From the NCBI GenBank assembly GCA_050116375.1, contig JASFOT010000001.1, forward strand, positions 1 through 40,190: a stretch of 40,190 nt of DNA. The letters run 5' to 3'. Numbering within the stretch: the stretch's first letter is position 1; each line of letters opens with the position of its first letter. The position numbers and the translations under genes were made by a program. Shown piece after piece: positions 1-10,368 of the stretch. The notes beneath the pieces are model-generated. The model was not told where the DNA came from and did no database searches. It saw nothing but the letters and a program-made list of their open reading frames with translations. The DNA comes from Gammaproteobacteria bacterium (lineage in GTDB: Bacteria; Pseudomonadota; Gammaproteobacteria; Steroidobacterales; XN24).

Positions 1-344
1 TTATCCGGCCGCGAGGCCGGCGGGATCGGCGCAACTCTCCGCCTGAGCGCCAGTTCCTGTGCGATGGCTGTCCGTTTCTCCACGCTCTCCTCCGATTCGG
101 TAAACAGTTTTGCAGCTTCCCGGGCGGCTCCCCGCCTGTCGCTGACGGCATCCACCGTGATCTCGTACCGGAAGTGTCCCCGGGATATATCGATGCTGTC
201 GCCGATCTTTACATTCCTGGACGGCTTGGCCCTTTGACCGTTCAGATGAACCTTGCCCCCGGTTACCGCCTCCCGCGCGAGGGCGCGGGTCTTGAAAAAC
301 CGGGCTGCCCAAAGCCATTTATCCAGTCGCACATCGTCGCTCAT
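1..344 (-). CDS. hslR: Ribosome-associated heat shock protein Hsp15 (S4 RNA-binding domain); C-terminus cut by window edge
   Basis: Absent from the ORF track because there is no stop in the window. Manual translation from the ATG (complement of 342-344) gives [49 protein letters not shown]... This matches the remembered E. coli HslR N-terminus ([38 protein letters not shown]) almost residue for residue. The frame is still open at base 1. Confidence 0.88.
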   Translation of the reverse strand, partial: MSDDVRLDKWLWAARFFKTRALAREAVTGGKVHLNGQRAKPSRNVKIGDSIDISRGHFRYEITVDAVSDRRGAAREAAKLFTESEESVEKRTAIAQELALRRRVAPIPPASRPD

Positions 345-415
345 AACGCCTCGACACCCGGTTCCTGCCGTTACCCGCACTCGTCACGATCAGCCCGGGT
401 ACAGGCCATTCCCGC

Positions 416-424
416 TGATATAAT
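416..424 (+). promoter_or_regulatory. Candidate extended -10 promoter element (TGaTATAAT) for kbl-tdh
   Basis: TGATATAAT at 416-424, about 29 nt upstream of the kbl ATG (453), in the hslR/kbl divergent intergenic region. No good -35 hexamer, which is compatible with an extended -10 promoter. Sequence match only. Confidence 0.3.
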
Positions 425-452
425 TGACCGCCTTTCCCGAGGAGGCTGCCAG

Positions 453-1643
453 ATGAACCCTGCGTTTCTCAACACCCTCGCCGACGAAACCGAATCACTG
501 AAGCCCGCAGGCCTGTTCAAGGCGGAGCGGGTAATCACGACGCCCCAGGATGCCGCCATAAGCATCCAGGGAGATCGAAAGGTAATCAATCTGTGCGCCA
601 ACAACTACCTTGGTCTGGCGAATCACGCGGAGCTGATCAAGGCTGCACACGAGGGTCTGGACCGTTACGGTTACGGCGTTGCGTCCGTGCGTTTCATATG
701 CGGCACCCAGACCGTGCACAAGGAACTGGAAGACCGAATCAGCGGATTTCTGGGCACAGAGGACACCATCCTTTACTCGTCCTGCTTCGACGCCAACGGC
801 GGCCTTTTCGAGACCCTTCTGGGGCCTGAGGACGCGGTGATCAGCGACGAACTGAACCATGCTTCCATCATCGACGGCATTCGCCTGAGCAAGGCGAAAC
901 GCTATCGTTATACCCACAATGACATGGCGGATCTCGAGGCGCGACTGGCCGAGTCCCGGGACGCCCGGGTGCGTCTGATCGCGACAGACGGCGTCTTCTC
1001 CATGGACGGCACCATCGCCAATCTGGAAGCCATCTGCGACCTGGCCGATCGTTACGATGCGCTGGTCATGATAGACGATTGCCATGCCACCGGTTTCCTC
1101 GGCGAATCCGGACGAGGGACCCACGAATACCGCGGCGTGAGGGATCGGGTGGACATTATCACCGGAACACTGGGCAAGGCCCTGGGCGGGGCGTCCGGCG
1201 GCTTTACATCCGGGCGCAGGGAAGTGGTGGCCTGGCTGCGGCAACGATCCCGTCCATACCTGTTCTCCAATTCTCTGGCTCCGGTGATCGCCGCCACCTC
1301 GATTCGCGTTCTGGACCTGCTGGAGGACGGCGCCGATCTCCGTGACCGACTGTGGCGTAACACGCAATACTTCCGCGACAGGATGACCGCACTCGGATTC
1401 GATCTTCTGCCCGGCCAGCATCCTATTATTCCCGTCATGCTGGGGGATGCCCGACTTGCTTCCCGAATGGCGGATCGACTGCTCGAGGAAGGCGTTTACG
1501 TGGTCGGGTTTTCCTTCCCCGTGGTGCCCGAGGGCAAAGCGCGTATCCGCACGCAGATGTCAGCCGGGCTGGAAATCGACCACCTGGACACGGCCCTTGC
1601 TTCTTTTGAGAAAGTCGGTAAGGAAATGGGCATAATAAACTAA
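453..1643 (+). CDS. kbl: 2-amino-3-ketobutyrate CoA ligase (glycine C-acetyltransferase), PLP-dependent alpha-oxoamine synthase
   Basis: ORF 174..1643 trimmed to ATG 453, which is preceded by GGAGG (441-445). The protein aligns end to end with remembered E. coli Kbl: [51 protein letters not shown]-lysine context [33 protein letters not shown]. Confidence 0.93.
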   Translation: MNPAFLNTLADETESLKPAGLFKAERVITTPQDAAISIQGDRKVINLCANNYLGLANHAELIKAAHEGLDRYGYGVASVRFICGTQTVHKELEDRISGFLGTEDTILYSSCFDANGGLFETLLGPEDAVISDELNHASIIDGIRLSKAKRYRYTHNDMADLEARLAESRDARVRLIATDGVFSMDGTIANLEAICDLADRYDALVMIDDCHATGFLGESGRGTHEYRGVRDRVDIITGTLGKALGGASGGFTSGRREVVAWLRQRSRPYLFSNSLAPVIAATSIRVLDLLEDGADLRDRLWRNTQYFRDRMTALGFDLLPGQHPIIPVMLGDARLASRMADRLLEEGVYVVGFSFPVVPEGKARIRTQMSAGLEIDHLDTALASFEKVGKEMGIIN

Positions 1644-1659
1644 TTAACAAGGTTTTTTT

Positions 1660-2688
1660 ATGAAAGCTCTCGTCAAGCAAAAGGCCGAACCGGGCATCTG
1701 GATGGAGGACATTCCCGAGCCGGCGCCGGGGCACAACGACGTGCTGATCCGGGTCAACAAGACGGCTATCTGCGGCACTGACATACACATTTACAACTGG
1801 GACGACTGGGCCGCCCGGACCATTCCGGTACCCATGGCGGTCGGACATGAATTCTCCGGCGTCATCGAGGAAGTCGGCGGCGAGGTTCGCGGGCTCAAGC
1901 CGGGGGACAGGGTTTCCGGCGAGGGTCACATCACCTGCGGTCACTGCAGAAACTGCCGCGCCGGGCGGCGCCACCTGTGTCGCAACACGGTGGGCGTCGG
2001 CGTCAATCGACAGGGCTGCTTCGCCGAATATCTCGTCATCCCCGCAAGCAACGTCTTTGTGCTGCCGGAGGTCATCACCGACGACATCGCCTCGATCCTC
2101 GACCCTCTCGGAAACGCCACCCATACCGCACTCTCCTTCGACCTGGTCGGCGAAGATGTCCTCATCACCGGCGCAGGCCCCATCGGCATCATGGCGGCGG
2201 CCATCTGCCGGCACGCCGGAGCCCGGCACATCGTGATTACAGACGTCAACGACTATCGCCTGGAACTGGCGGGCAAAATGGGGGCGACGCGAACCGTCAA
2301 CGTGGCGGGGGAAAGTCTCGACGAGGTGATGACCGAACTGAAAATGACCGAGGGCTTCGACGTCGGGCTCGAGATGTCAGGGAATCCCGATGCATTCCGG
2401 GACATGCTGCGCACGATGCATCACGGGGGCAAGATCGCCCTCCTGGGAATACCGCCCGGTGACACGGCCATTGACTGGAATCAGGTGATCTTCAAAGGCC
2501 TCGTGATCAAGGGTATTTACGGTCGGGAAATGTTCGAAACCTGGTACAAGATGGCCAGCATGTTGCAGAGCGGCCTGGACGTGACGCCCATCATCACCCA
2601 TCACCTGCCCGTTGCGGACTTCCAACGGGGGTTCGAGATCATGAACTCCGGCCGGTCGGGCAAGGTGATACTCGACTGGAAAAGCTGA
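1660..2688 (+). CDS. tdh: L-threonine 3-dehydrogenase (Zn-dependent medium-chain dehydrogenase)
   Basis: 342 aa with GHEFSG, a structural-zinc Cys cluster ([15 protein letters not shown]) and a GAGPIG Rossmann motif. It lies 16 nt downstream of kbl, as in the classical kbl-tdh operon. Confidence 0.93.
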   Translation: MKALVKQKAEPGIWMEDIPEPAPGHNDVLIRVNKTAICGTDIHIYNWDDWAARTIPVPMAVGHEFSGVIEEVGGEVRGLKPGDRVSGEGHITCGHCRNCRAGRRHLCRNTVGVGVNRQGCFAEYLVIPASNVFVLPEVITDDIASILDPLGNATHTALSFDLVGEDVLITGAGPIGIMAAAICRHAGARHIVITDVNDYRLELAGKMGATRTVNVAGESLDEVMTELKMTEGFDVGLEMSGNPDAFRDMLRTMHHGGKIALLGIPPGDTAIDWNQVIFKGLVIKGIYGREMFETWYKMASMLQSGLDVTPIITHHLPVADFQRGFEIMNSGRSGKVILDWKS

Positions 2689-2693
2689 ACCGG

Positions 2694-4532
2694 TCAGCGA
2701 ATTCCGCAGAAGCAGTCGTAATAAATGCCCCGGGGATCGCGCAGCTCAAGCAGGCGCACGGACTCAGGCGCCAGCCGCTTCAGCAAATCTGAAATTGGAC
2801 TGCCGTTCACGTCAAAACCGAAACGCTGCGTCAGACCGCTGACGCCGGTAAGAAAGCGAATCGCCAGCGCGTCGCCGAAATCGATAGGCTGCTCCAGGTA
2901 ACGTACTGTGTACTCGTCCTCGAGGCCGGCACGCGCCGCCGCCGACTCGATGGCGGCATCCAGGCCTCCCAGCTTGTCCACCAGACCCAGACGCCGGGCG
3001 TCCCGGCCTGTCCAGACCCTGCCGCCGGCGACAGGTTCCACGTCTTCCACGCTCATAGAGCGCCCTTCCGCCACCTGCGCCAGGAACCGGCGGTAGCTGG
3101 AGTCCACAGAAAGCTGAATGATCTCCTGCGCCTCCGGGCTGAGGCCGCCCAACGGGCTGAAATCTCCGCTGTAACGAGTCGTTCCGATGCCGTCGAGGCG
3201 GATACCGATCTTCTCCAGCGTCCGATCGGCGACCGGCAGCGCCGCGACCACGCCGATCGAGCCCGTCACGGAATCGGGATTGGCCCAGATCTCCTCGGCC
3301 GCCAGCGAAATCAGGTAGCCGCCCGATGTCGCAATATCCCCCATGGACACAATCAGCGGCTTGCCGGCGTCGCGCAGCAGTTTCAATTCACTGAGAATGA
3401 GATCGGAGGCAAACTGGCTCCCGCCGCCGGAATCGACACGGAGCACGACCGCGCGGATGTCATCGTCGTCCCGCGCCTGTCGAATCAGCTCGATCATGGA
3501 GTCGCTGCCCACGGTCCCCGGTGGCTGCTCTCCGTCCACGATCATGCCGCTCGCGACAATCACGCCGACATCGCCTTCCCCTTCCGTCGATCGGCCCGCG
3601 GCAGGGCGCGTGGCGTGCAGATAATCGCGGAAATCAATCTGGCGGTAGGAGCCCGTTTCCGTGTCTTCTCCCACCAGCTCCGCGAGACGCTGCTCCACTT
3701 CATCGAAGGTGAGAAGCTCGTCCACCAGGCTCTCCTGTTTTGCCAGAAGGGCCATATTGCCATCCGCCGACCGTAATCGGTCGAGATAACCGTCGGCAAA
3801 CTGCTGGATCGCGTCCGGGGTCGTGGACCGCGCTGCCGCTATGCGTTCCCGGTAACCCTGCCAGAGCTGGTCGATGAATATCCGGGCCTCCTGCTTCTCA
3901 ACCTCCGACATCTGCGAGCGGGTCGCCGAATCGTGAAGAGTCTTGTACTCCCCGGCACGAAATACGTGCCAGTCGATCAGCAGGCTGTCCACCGCCTCGC
4001 CGAAGAACAGGCGGTAGTAACCGAACCCCTGGAAGAACACGTCGCCAAGCGGGTGAAGATAGATTTCGTCGGCGGTGGAGGCCAGCAGGTACTGGGCCTG
4101 GGAATAGCCGCCTCCGGACGCCACGATCCGCTTGCCGCTTTCCCGGAATCTGGCGACGGCTTCCGCTACCCGGTTGAGTTTCGTTACACCCCCCGAGCCC
4201 ATCTCGTCCAGGTTCAATACCAGGGCCTCGATACGGGAATCCTCGGCCGCTCTGTCTATCGCCTCTACCAGATCGCCGACCAGGGTCTCTCGCTGCTCGC
4301 CGCCGGCGGCTTCCAGAGCGCGATCCAGGGGCGTCCCGGTCAACTGATCCACGAGGTCACCCGAGGGCGAGATCACAAGAGCCGTGGAGCTCCGGACTAT
4401 GACGGGAGCCGGCGATACAAGCGCCAGGAAGAGCCCCAGAAGGAGCAGCATCAATATCAGGTGGACGACCTTCCTCAAACCGTCCAGCAGGCGCCAGAAA
4501 AATCGGAAAACGGTGCGGATCAGTTTAAGCAT
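2694..4532 (-). CDS. sppA: Signal peptide peptidase SppA, 67K type (S49 family)
   Basis: 612 aa with an N-terminal TM helix (VVHLILMLLLLGLFLALV) followed by two tandem S49/ClpP-like halves (GGGYSQAQYLLASTADEIYLHP and MGDIATSGGYLISLAAEEIWANP). Confidence 0.88.
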   Translation of the reverse strand: MLKLIRTVFRFFWRLLDGLRKVVHLILMLLLLGLFLALVSPAPVIVRSSTALVISPSGDLVDQLTGTPLDRALEAAGGEQRETLVGDLVEAIDRAAEDSRIEALVLNLDEMGSGGVTKLNRVAEAVARFRESGKRIVASGGGYSQAQYLLASTADEIYLHPLGDVFFQGFGYYRLFFGEAVDSLLIDWHVFRAGEYKTLHDSATRSQMSEVEKQEARIFIDQLWQGYRERIAAARSTTPDAIQQFADGYLDRLRSADGNMALLAKQESLVDELLTFDEVEQRLAELVGEDTETGSYRQIDFRDYLHATRPAAGRSTEGEGDVGVIVASGMIVDGEQPPGTVGSDSMIELIRQARDDDDIRAVVLRVDSGGGSQFASDLILSELKLLRDAGKPLIVSMGDIATSGGYLISLAAEEIWANPDSVTGSIGVVAALPVADRTLEKIGIRLDGIGTTRYSGDFSPLGGLSPEAQEIIQLSVDSSYRRFLAQVAEGRSMSVEDVEPVAGGRVWTGRDARRLGLVDKLGGLDAAIESAAARAGLEDEYTVRYLEQPIDFGDALAIRFLTGVSGLTQRFGFDVNGSPISDLLKRLAPESVRLLELRDPRGIYYDCFCGIR

Positions 4533-4635
4533 GGAAATCTTTCAGTTTTCTCGTGATAAACGGATGCCGCGCCGCCCGTCACGCCCCCGCCGCCTCGATA
4601 GTATGCCGGCACCGCATGTCGAGGTTCTGCTGAAT

Positions 4636-5889
4636 TCATCCGAGCAGCACATTTGAAAGCGAGGGCACAAAGGTAATGATCATGACAGCCAGCAGAAGAA
4701 TCAGAAGAAACGGGAGTGTCGCCCAGTAGATCTGGGTGATGCTCTTGTTGAAGCGATAGCTGGCGATGAACAGATTGAGCCCGACTGGCGGCGTCAGATA
4801 ACCGAGCTGCATCGCGGCGAGGAACACGATACCGAGATGGACGGGATCGATTCCGTACCCTGCCGCCACGGGCAAAAGCAGTGGCACCACGAGAACCAGC
4901 GCCGAAAATATGTCCAGGATGGCGCCCAGAACCAGCAGGAAAGCGAGCAACAACCAGAGGAAACTGATGGGCCCCGATACCATGCTGCTGACCGTTTCGA
5001 ACAGCATTTCGGGCACCCCGGCATCGATCATCACGTTGGTCGAGGCCAGCGAGACTCCGAGAATCAGAAGAATGCCGCCAACCAGCACCATGGACTCGCG
5101 CATGATAACCGGCAGCCGCCGCCACGGGATGTCCCGAAGCACGATCATCTCGGTGACGAGGACATAGATGGCGGTCACGGCTGCAGCCTCGGAGACCGCA
5201 AAATAACCGCTGTAGATCCCCCCCAGAACGATAAACGGGAGAGGGATCTCCCAGCGGCTGTCCCACAACGCGGCGGAAGCCTCGCGCCAGGAAAAATGCG
5301 ACAGCGGCACCGCGCTCTTGCGGTTGACCCACAGGCTCCAGCCAGCCAGCAGGATGATCATCAGCACGCCAGGGAAAACACCGGCGAGAAACAGGTCGTC
5401 GATCGAGACCTTGGCCACGACGCCGTAGAGAATCAGCGGCAAAGACGGCGCAAACAAAAGGCCGAGGCTGCCCGAGGTGGTCACGAGACCGAGATTGAAA
5501 TTGTCCGGGTACCCGGCCTTGCCAAGGGCTGGATAGAGCAGCGCACCGAGAGCGATGATGGTGACGCCGGATGCACCCGTGAAAGCGGTAAATACGGCGC
5601 AGGCCGCCAGAGAGATGATGGCCAGACCCCCGGGCAACCAGCCGAACAGCGTCTGGCTGACCCTCACCAGCCTCTGGGGCGCGCCGCCTTCGCTGAGCAG
5701 GTAGCCCGCGAAGGTAAACAGCGGAATCGCCGCCAGAACCGGCATCTCCGCCACCCCGAACACCTCGATCGCTATGGCCTGCAAATCGATGCCGGCCTGC
5801 TGGTAGCCCCAGAGGGCACCGGCGGCAATGACCACGAACAGCGGCACTCCGGCGATTGCCAGGATCCCGAGAATGACGGCGACCGTCAT
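4636..5889 (-). CDS. dctM: TRAP transporter large permease subunit (DctM family)
   Basis: 417 aa polytopic membrane protein with a DctM-like sequence (PLFTFAGYLLSEGG, LGIVFLAAMQLGYLTPPVGLNLF). Its ATGA start overlaps the dctQ stop. Confidence 0.88.
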   Translation of the reverse strand: MTVAVILGILAIAGVPLFVVIAAGALWGYQQAGIDLQAIAIEVFGVAEMPVLAAIPLFTFAGYLLSEGGAPQRLVRVSQTLFGWLPGGLAIISLAACAVFTAFTGASGVTIIALGALLYPALGKAGYPDNFNLGLVTTSGSLGLLFAPSLPLILYGVVAKVSIDDLFLAGVFPGVLMIILLAGWSLWVNRKSAVPLSHFSWREASAALWDSRWEIPLPFIVLGGIYSGYFAVSEAAAVTAIYVLVTEMIVLRDIPWRRLPVIMRESMVLVGGILLILGVSLASTNVMIDAGVPEMLFETVSSMVSGPISFLWLLLAFLLVLGAILDIFSALVLVVPLLLPVAAGYGIDPVHLGIVFLAAMQLGYLTPPVGLNLFIASYRFNKSITQIYWATLPFLLILLLAVMIITFVPSLSNVLLG

Positions 5890-6401
5890 GGCTCTATCGC
5901 CGGCGATCGGGGCCGTCCCAGCAGGGAGAGAAACGCGTTGAGCAGATGGCGCCAGCCGATCATAAAGAACGCGACGGGCAGAATGACCTGGACCGCCCAG
6001 GCCGGTACCGTGCCCATAAGAATATCGCCGTAGCCGTAGGTTTCGCGCACGAAAGCGAGGGAATACCAGCCAATGATTATCGAGACCGCGGCGGTGAGGA
6101 GGTCGGCGCCCGCTTCGAGAAACCGCAGCGGAAGACCCTTCAGATAACGGGCAGCCAGGTCGATTCGTAGCTGCCGGCGGTCCCGGGAAGCCGCTACGGC
6201 CCCGAGAAGCGCCAGCCAGAGAAGAAGCAGGCGTTGGGATTCATCGGCCCAGCTGAGGCTCACGCCGAGAACGTTCCTCATAAAAATCTGCCAGCCGCCA
6301 ATAAAGATCATGGCGGTAAGGAGAATCATGAGAAGAGCATCCTCCAGGCGACGGGACAGCCCGGCGGCAGCCCGGAGCCAGCGCGCTGCCGCCGCCCGCA
6401 T
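5886..6401 (-). CDS. dctQ: TRAP transporter small permease subunit (DctQ family)
   Basis: 171 aa with about 4 TM segments, lying between dctP and dctM. It overlaps both neighbours (TGATG at 6399-6403, ATGA at 5886-5889). Confidence 0.8.
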   Translation of the reverse strand: MRAAAARWLRAAAGLSRRLEDALLMILLTAMIFIGGWQIFMRNVLGVSLSWADESQRLLLLWLALLGAVAASRDRRQLRIDLAARYLKGLPLRFLEAGADLLTAAVSIIIGWYSLAFVRETYGYGDILMGTVPAWAVQVILPVAFFMIGWRHLLNAFLSLLGRPRSPAIEP

Positions 6402-7435
6402 CAGCGGCCCGCAGGCGCCGCGGAGGCCATTGCGTCAGATTCCCCGGTACGGAAGTCCTCCAGCGCGGCCAGCATCTCTTCGTAGAGGCTCAGCGAGACC
6501 ATGCCGCTGGCGGCGTTGGCCAGATTATTGGCAAGCACCTGCCCTCGCCAGGTATCCACGGCCCCCGGTGACGGGTTCACTATCTCGATACCGTTGGCCT
6601 CGAGCGCCTCCCGGGCATCGGCGTTCTCGGTTACGCTCGCCGCGTCGAACTTGGCGTAAATCTGCTCCATGACCTCCCTGAACGTCTCCTGATCAGCGGC
6701 TTCGAGTCGGTCAAAGACCTTTTTCTCCACAACCAGGACCGCGTAGGTATAGGTCACCGGAAAATCGGTCAGGTACCGCACCTTGGTGTACCACTGAAGG
6801 GCCACCGCGGCTACCGGCGGCGTCCCGATGACCTCGATGAGGCCGGTCTGCAGCCCCGTGAGAACATCGGTAATCGGCAGAACGACGGGGGATAACTCCA
6901 TGGCCTGCATGGCGGAAAGGGTGACGCTGTCGCCTTCCGGCACCCAGACCTTGCGCCCCTCCAGGTCCTCGCGCGTCCGCACGGGCGCGTTGGACATGAT
7001 TTGCGCAAACCCGCCGCCGGTGATTCCGAAACCGACAAGGCCGGCTTCTTCCAGACCGCTGTTCAGACGCTCATCGAAAAGGCCCCTGATGTAATCGACC
7101 TCCTCGAGAGAATTGAAAACCAGCGGCATGCCGTAGAGATTCAGATCCGGATAACGCTCCGCGAGACCGCTGGGCGTAAAGCTGCCGCCGTGGAGCTGGC
7201 CGATCCGCATTTTCCGGAGCACTTTCCTGTCGTTGCCCATCACGCCGCCACCGTAGAATTTGAGCTGGACCCGACCTTCCGTACGCTTGCTGATCTCCTC
7301 GGCGCCCGCCCGCATTTCCTTCATCCAGGTGGAGTTCTCTGGCGCCAGCGTCGCGATCTTGATCTGGGTTGTCGCGGCCATCAAGGGTCCGGTCGCAAGC
7401 AACATAATCAGTGACAGGGCAAATCTTGGGGACAT
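6401..7435 (-). CDS. TRAP transporter periplasmic substrate-binding protein (DctP/TatP-like)
   Basis: 344 aa with a signal peptide (MSPRFALSLIMLLATGPLMAA). The DctP-type SBP sequence includes IKIATLAPENSTWMKEM and KFYGGGVMGNDRKVLRKMRIGQLHGG. Confidence 0.85.
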   Translation of the reverse strand: MSPRFALSLIMLLATGPLMAATTQIKIATLAPENSTWMKEMRAGAEEISKRTEGRVQLKFYGGGVMGNDRKVLRKMRIGQLHGGSFTPSGLAERYPDLNLYGMPLVFNSLEEVDYIRGLFDERLNSGLEEAGLVGFGITGGGFAQIMSNAPVRTREDLEGRKVWVPEGDSVTLSAMQAMELSPVVLPITDVLTGLQTGLIEVIGTPPVAAVALQWYTKVRYLTDFPVTYTYAVLVVEKKVFDRLEAADQETFREVMEQIYAKFDAASVTENADAREALEANGIEIVNPSPGAVDTWRGQVLANNLANAASGMVSLSLYEEMLAALEDFRTGESDAMASAAPAGR

Positions 7436-7453
7436 GGAATTCCGTCCGTTGAA

Positions 7454-8329
7454 TCAGAAATAATCGTCGGCGCTGGCGAGTAGCTCGGCGGCATCGCGCT
7501 GCGCCAGGGTATTCATGAGTGTACGACCCGGTTCGTGGGGGTCAGTTTCCATGACTTCGTTCAGAAGACGATCATGGAGTCCCCGGTCGTAAAGAAGTCG
7601 CGCGTAGTTTCGCGCAAATTCCACCTTGACGCTGAGATCCCGCCCGTTGGATAGCATGATCGCGCGCTCGAAGTGTTCGCGTGCCTCCTCCGGCTCGCCG
7701 CCGAGTGCGGGTGGACGCAGGGTCTTCAGCACGCCCAGATAGGCGTGCACGCTGCCACGCTCGTAGCCCTCGTCGAGTTCCAGGAGACGATCCAGGAGTG
7801 CTTCGACTTTCGGGAGATCCGCGATCGCTTTCCAGTCCTCCGAATGCGTGCGGATGTACACCAGCCAGCTCAGCCCGAAAGTGTAGAGAGCCGGAACGTC
7901 CCGTGGGCCAAATTCGTCCAGCCGGCCGACCACTTCCTCATAGGACAGGCCGGCCAGTCCGCAACCGGCATCGTTCACGACACAGATTGCCCGCCCCGCG
8001 TAATCCAGGGCGCGACCGGAAAGGCGGGCCGCACGTACCGGATCCTCCACGAACACCGCCGCGTACGCCGCGTACAGCGAGGCGGCTCCGTCCAGGATAT
8101 CCGCGTCCCGGGGCGAACCTTCCACCAGACTGTCCATCAGCAGAAGATACGCGGGAGCGCCGTCCCGAACGGTTTCGGGATCGTCCTGATTCAGGATGGC
8201 AGTCGTCAAATTACTGGAGGCGTTGTCGACCGCCTGCCCGACGACAATAGAGCACCCGCACACGGTGAGCAGGGCCGCCGCGAATACGACGATCCTGACC
8301 GCAATCTCCGGACGCGAAAAACTGGCCAC
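7454..8329 (-). CDS. TRAP transporter TatT-component family protein (TPR-like, probable lipoprotein)
   Basis: 291 aa with a GTG start and a lipobox-like signal (FAAALLTVCGCS). The helical-repeat protein resembles the T-component of TPR-protein-associated TRAP (TPAT) transporters. It lies directly upstream of dctPQM on the same strand. Confidence 0.68.
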   Translation of the reverse strand: MASFSRPEIAVRIVVFAAALLTVCGCSIVVGQAVDNASSNLTTAILNQDDPETVRDGAPAYLLLMDSLVEGSPRDADILDGAASLYAAYAAVFVEDPVRAARLSGRALDYAGRAICVVNDAGCGLAGLSYEEVVGRLDEFGPRDVPALYTFGLSWLVYIRTHSEDWKAIADLPKVEALLDRLLELDEGYERGSVHAYLGVLKTLRPPALGGEPEEAREHFERAIMLSNGRDLSVKVEFARNYARLLYDRGLHDRLLNEVMETDPHEPGRTLMNTLAQRDAAELLASADDYF

Positions 8330-8340
8330 CGGCCCTTGCG

Positions 8341-8694
8341 TCAGACCTTTTCCTTGATTCGGGCCGCCTTTCCAGTGAGCTCCCGGAGGTAGTACAGCTT
8401 CGCCCGGCGGACGTCACCGCGCCTTTTCACGGCGATGTCGCTGATGGCGGGACTGTGGGTCTGGAATACGCGCTCCACTCCTTCACCGTGCGACATCTTG
8501 CGAACGGTAAAGGAAGAGTTGAGTCCCCGGTTTTTCTTGGCGATGACGACACCCTCGAAGGCCTGCAGCCTCTCGCGGTTGCCTTCACTGACCTTGACCT
8601 GGACCACGACCGTGTCTCCGGGTCCGAAATCGGGAATCTCCCGAGTCAACTGCTCTTTTTCCAGTTCTTCGATGATATTGCTCATGTCATTCAC
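8341..8694 (-). CDS. rplS: 50S ribosomal protein L19
   Basis: 117 aa: [13 protein letters not shown]...[45 protein letters not shown]...GVERVF..HSP. This is the canonical L19 sequence. Confidence 0.97.
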   Translation of the reverse strand: MNDMSNIIEELEKEQLTREIPDFGPGDTVVVQVKVSEGNRERLQAFEGVVIAKKNRGLNSSFTVRKMSHGEGVERVFQTHSPAISDIAVKRRGDVRRAKLYYLRELTGKAARIKEKV

Positions 8695-8714
8695 CTGATC
8701 GCAGGTTTCCTTTT

Positions 8715-9485
8715 TCAGTCAGTCCTGTCCGCGCCGGTCTCGGCGATGTACTCGTCCAGCAGTTCCCTCTGTTCCGCATCCAGCTTGAGCCTGGTGAAAA
8801 GATCAGGACGCCTAGTCCAGGTCCTTCCCAGTGCCTGCTTCAGCCGCCAGCGGCGGATGGCCCCGTGGTCGCCGGAGAGCAGTACCTGGGGCACCCGGCG
8901 CCCCGCATACACCTCCGGCCGCGTGTAATGCGGACAGTCCAGCAGCCCGTCCGCGAACGAATCCTGAGCCGCGGAGTCGGCGTCCCCAAGCACCCCGGGT
9001 TCGAGGCGGGCGACGGCGTCCGCAAGCATCAATGCCGGCAGCTCTCCTCCGCTCAGTACGTAGTCCCCTACCGAAACTTCGTACTGGGCCTCCAGTTCGA
9101 TCAGTCGCTCGTCCGGCCCTTCATAACGACCCGCCACGATGATCAGGCCCGGGCAGGATGCCAATTCAACCACCAGTTCCTGATCCAGCACCCTTCCCTG
9201 GGCGCTCATCACCACGCACGGGCTTGCTGCCGGCAGACGCTCTCGCGCGACCCTCACGGCCCGCTGCAGAGGCTCTACCTTCATCACCATGCCCGGGCCG
9301 CCGCCGTAAGGCCGGTCATCCACCGTGCGATGCAGGTCTTCCGTAAAGTCCCGCGGATCCACCGCATCGAAGGCCAGAATGCCACGCGCCGCAGCCCGCC
9401 CCAAAACGCCGAACTCCGCCAGCGTTGTGACCTGTTCCGGGAACAATGTCACGAAACATATGCGTTTCGTCGGCGCCCCGGCCAT
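8715..9485 (-). CDS. trmD: tRNA (guanine37-N1)-methyltransferase
   Basis: Track ORF 8715..9503 begins at a TTG. The ATG at 9485 has an AAGGA about 7 nt upstream and overlaps the rimM stop (TGATG). TrmD motifs: [42 protein letters not shown]. Confidence 0.94.
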   Translation of the reverse strand: MAGAPTKRICFVTLFPEQVTTLAEFGVLGRAAARGILAFDAVDPRDFTEDLHRTVDDRPYGGGPGMVMKVEPLQRAVRVARERLPAASPCVVMSAQGRVLDQELVVELASCPGLIIVAGRYEGPDERLIELEAQYEVSVGDYVLSGGELPALMLADAVARLEPGVLGDADSAAQDSFADGLLDCPHYTRPEVYAGRRVPQVLLSGDHGAIRRWRLKQALGRTWTRRPDLFTRLKLDAEQRELLDEYIAETGADRTD

Positions 9486-9994
9486 CAATAATCCTTTTCC
9501 CAATCCACCAGGATACAGCCGCGATCCTGGTCGATCTCTTTCACTACCGTGTCCCTGACAAACGGTATGAGCCGCTCTCTTTCGCCGCTCACGACCATCA
9601 CGTCGTTCGCGCCGGTCTCGATCAGGTGATCCACGATGCCGAGGGATTCCTCCCGGACATTGATCACCTCGAGACCTATCAGATCGGTCCAGTAGACGCC
9701 GCCCGATTCTTCCGGCAGCTGACTACGGCGTATTGCGATCTCCTGATCGAGCAAACCGGCCGCCTGGTCCCTGTCTTCCACGCCCTCGAAGCGGCCGATC
9801 AGCGTCTTTCCCTGTGGCCGGCCTTCGATCAGCCGAGCCCGCTTCCACTCACCCTCCTTTCCCAGCTCCACTTCCCTGAAACTGAGAAGATTGGATCTCG
9901 GATCCGTGTAGGAAAAAAGCTTCACCCATCCCCGGAGCCCCGAAAGACCGGATACTCGCCCGATGACGATACGCCGGTCGGCCCTGGAGGGCAC
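9485..9994 (-). CDS. rimM: 16S rRNA processing protein RimM
   Basis: 169 aa with a GTG start: IVIGRVSGLSGLRGWVKLFSYTDP...GKTLIGRFEGVEDRD.A. It occupies the canonical position between rpsP and trmD. Confidence 0.92.
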   Translation of the reverse strand: MPSRADRRIVIGRVSGLSGLRGWVKLFSYTDPRSNLLSFREVELGKEGEWKRARLIEGRPQGKTLIGRFEGVEDRDQAAGLLDQEIAIRRSQLPEESGGVYWTDLIGLEVINVREESLGIVDHLIETGANDVMVVSGERERLIPFVRDTVVKEIDQDRGCILVDWEKDY

Positions 9995-10018
9995 GGCGAC
10001 GGTACCGAACGTGCCGCC

Positions 10019-10270
10019 TCAGGCGGCTTCCTTGCGGACGGTCTTGATAAGCCCGGCCACTCGCTCTGACGGCTGGGCGCCCTTCTCCAGCCAGAAATCC
10101 GCACGTCCGAGATCGAGTTGCAGGCGCTTCTCCTGCCCGGTCGCGACCGGATTGAAGAACCCGATCCGCTCGATGTAGCGGCCGTCCCGTCGATTCCGGC
10201 TGTCGGAAACCACGATGTGATAAAAGGGCCGCTTCTTCGCGCCACCCCGCGAAAGACGAATCGTCACCAT
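10019..10270 (-). CDS. rpsP: 30S ribosomal protein S16
   Basis: 83 aa: [41 protein letters not shown]. Confidence 0.97.
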   Translation of the reverse strand: MVTIRLSRGGAKKRPFYHIVVSDSRNRRDGRYIERIGFFNPVATGQEKRLQLDLGRADFWLEKGAQPSERVAGLIKTVRKEAA

Positions 10271-10368
10271 TCTGGATAAACCTCGAGTTCCTGCCCGCCC
10301 CCGTTAGAGAGTGCGGGTCTGGGTCAAACCCGTTATTTTACTAGGATTTATATGAATTGGAAGCGGGA

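Noticed and set aside
174-452. In-frame 93-codon N-terminal extension of the kbl ORF, and similarly 22608..22652 for rpsF, 33608..33673 for the ACP, 33691..33924 for spt and 29200..29295 for the oxygenase.
   Set aside because: The homologous proteins begin at the internal ATG. The internal starts have Shine-Dalgarno-like sequences or ATGA coupling, and the extensions overlap neighbouring genes or promoters and look like non-coding translation.
495-1421. 308-aa minus-strand ORF antisense to kbl. There are many similar long shadow ORFs, for example 4837..6033(+), 7673..8392(+), 10864..11709(+), 11752..12492(-), 12719..13513(-), 14537..15394(+), 16142..16840(-), 23672..24685(+), 25809..26657(-), 28065..28838(+), 30073..31044(+), 32492..33415(+), 33724..34392(-), 35556..37004(+), 36949..37680(-) and 38245..39255(+).
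   Set aside because: Each lies entirely opposite or out of frame to a gene with strong family-level similarity. Their translations are low-complexity and Arg/Gly/Pro/His-rich with no recognisable motifs, as expected for stop-poor alternative frames in high-GC DNA.
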